A stretch of DNA of 64,000 nt, from NCBI GenBank assembly GCA_024226255.1, contig JAAELU010000141.1, positions 23,093 to 87,092 of the forward strand, given 5' to 3'. Made by a program: the position numbers and the translations under genes. Under the pieces are notes generated by a model. The model made no database searches. It was not told the DNA's origin and was given only the letters and a program-made list of their open reading frames with translations. Numbering within the stretch: position 1 is the stretch's first letter; every line of letters starts with the position of its first letter. Origin of the DNA: a bacterium. Its GTDB lineage: Bacteria; Actinomycetota; Acidimicrobiia; Spongiisociales; UBA5794. This document shows, one piece after another, positions 63,414 to 64,000 of this stretch.

Positions 63414-63984
63414 ACATGGGGAAGGCGCCGTAGTCCTTGGCGGTGTCGATATGACCTACGTACTCGGGAATCATGCCGGGAACCGGGTCGAGTGCCAAGA
63501 GCGCGGCGGACGAAGCTGTCATGTAGACCTCGCCGGGCGGCGTCCGCGGCTCGATGCGGGCGGTTCGGATCACATGGGTGCCGAAGAACGAAGGCTCCCG
63601 CCTGATCGGGTCCGTTCCCGCATACACGGGCCCGGCGTGTACACCTATGCGCAATCCCATTTCGGGCAAGTCCAACCTGTTGAGGTCGAGTGCGCCGAAT
63701 GTCCGCTGCATCGCCAGCGCCCCGCTGGTGGCTGCGCTGACCGTCCGATATACGAGATAGAGCCCGTCTCCCCAGCTGTTGCGATAGAGCACGTCGTCAC
63801 CAGACGCGTCGATGGAGTCTGCAAGCGCTCCCATCACCGACTCAAAGAAGGTCGGTATCTGTCGCTCATCCAGAGTGCTGAAACCGTGAAAATCGGCAAA
63901 TACCATCGCTCGGAGGTCCCGGGGTGGACCCGCAGAATCCGCCACACGATTGGCCGGGATGTCCGGGTGGCTGCAGGGAACCAC
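63394..63984 (-). CDS. stand-alone class III nucleotidyl cyclase (adenylate/guanylate-cyclase catalytic domain); the 5' end may extend beyond the window
   Basis: CHD motifs MVFADFHGFSTL (metal Asp), SWGDGLYLVY (second Asp), LRIGVHAGPVYAG and GTHVIRTARIE (transition-state Arg). The canonical base-specifying Lys and Asn positions are substituted. The frame is open upstream of GTG 63984 to the sequence end. Confidence 0.7.
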   Translation of the reverse strand: MVPCSHPDIPANRVADSAGPPRDLRAMVFADFHGFSTLDERQIPTFFESVMGALADSIDASGDDVLYRNSWGDGLYLVYRTVSAATSGALAMQRTFGALDLNRLDLPEMGLRIGVHAGPVYAGTDPIRREPSFFGTHVIRTARIEPRTPPGEVYMTASSAALLALDPVPGMIPEYVGHIDTAKDYGAFPMYVLKRR

Positions 63985-64000
63985 CTCAGTCGCCCGTCCT

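Overview
High-GC (about 65-70%) actinobacterial chromosomal window. The first part is a conserved housekeeping block with Mycobacterium-like synteny: miaB, miaA, dapF, lexA divergent from a LysM gene through three SOS boxes, then nrdR and dut. A tRNA-Gly/tRNA-Cys/tRNA-Val(GAC) cluster follows. Immediately after tRNA-Val begins an accessory stretch (about 7.3-14.6 kb) in which single genes for secreted proteins (an RTX/calcium-binding repeat protein, lipoproteins, a HExxH zinc metalloprotease, a small Cys-rich peptide) are separated by copies of a roughly 160-bp repeat. Each copy ends in a 22-24-bp copy of the tRNA-Val 3' end. Further copies sit at about 53.1 kb and, as a tail-only copy, at 44.47 kb, where it closes a 2-kb islet opened by tRNA-Val(CAC). 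The middle of the window carries a molybdenum-hydroxylase operon: an FAD subunit, a 967-aa Mo subunit whose fused 2x[2Fe-2S] domain has lost all eight cluster cysteines, two XdhC-like proteins and a YqeC-like P-loop protein. It also holds an orphan histidine kinase, a eukaryote-like tandem-duplicated 6-phosphofructokinase, an acyl-CoA ligase, an NfuA-like protein, a DivIVA-domain protein and PlsB. The plsB gene and a small acidic protein gene are flanked by three distinct 14-bp-period tandem repeat arrays. The last third contains an OmpA-family protein, a YhhN-like protein and a tusA / NarI-like / HdrD-like / dsrE-like sulfur-relay cluster. It also holds a dimethylglycine-dehydrogenase-like gene and two paralogous N-terminal TIR-domain single-pass membrane proteins with different C-terminal ectodomains (a solute-binding SBP_bac_3 domain versus a discoidin-like domain). 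The second TIR gene lies in an apparent operon with a tandem 2TM SLATT-like membrane protein and a stand-alone class III nucleotidyl cyclase. This is the most promising candidate for an undescribed nucleotide-signalling, defence-like or receptor system. Many long antisense ORFs in the track are GC-driven artefacts and were not called.
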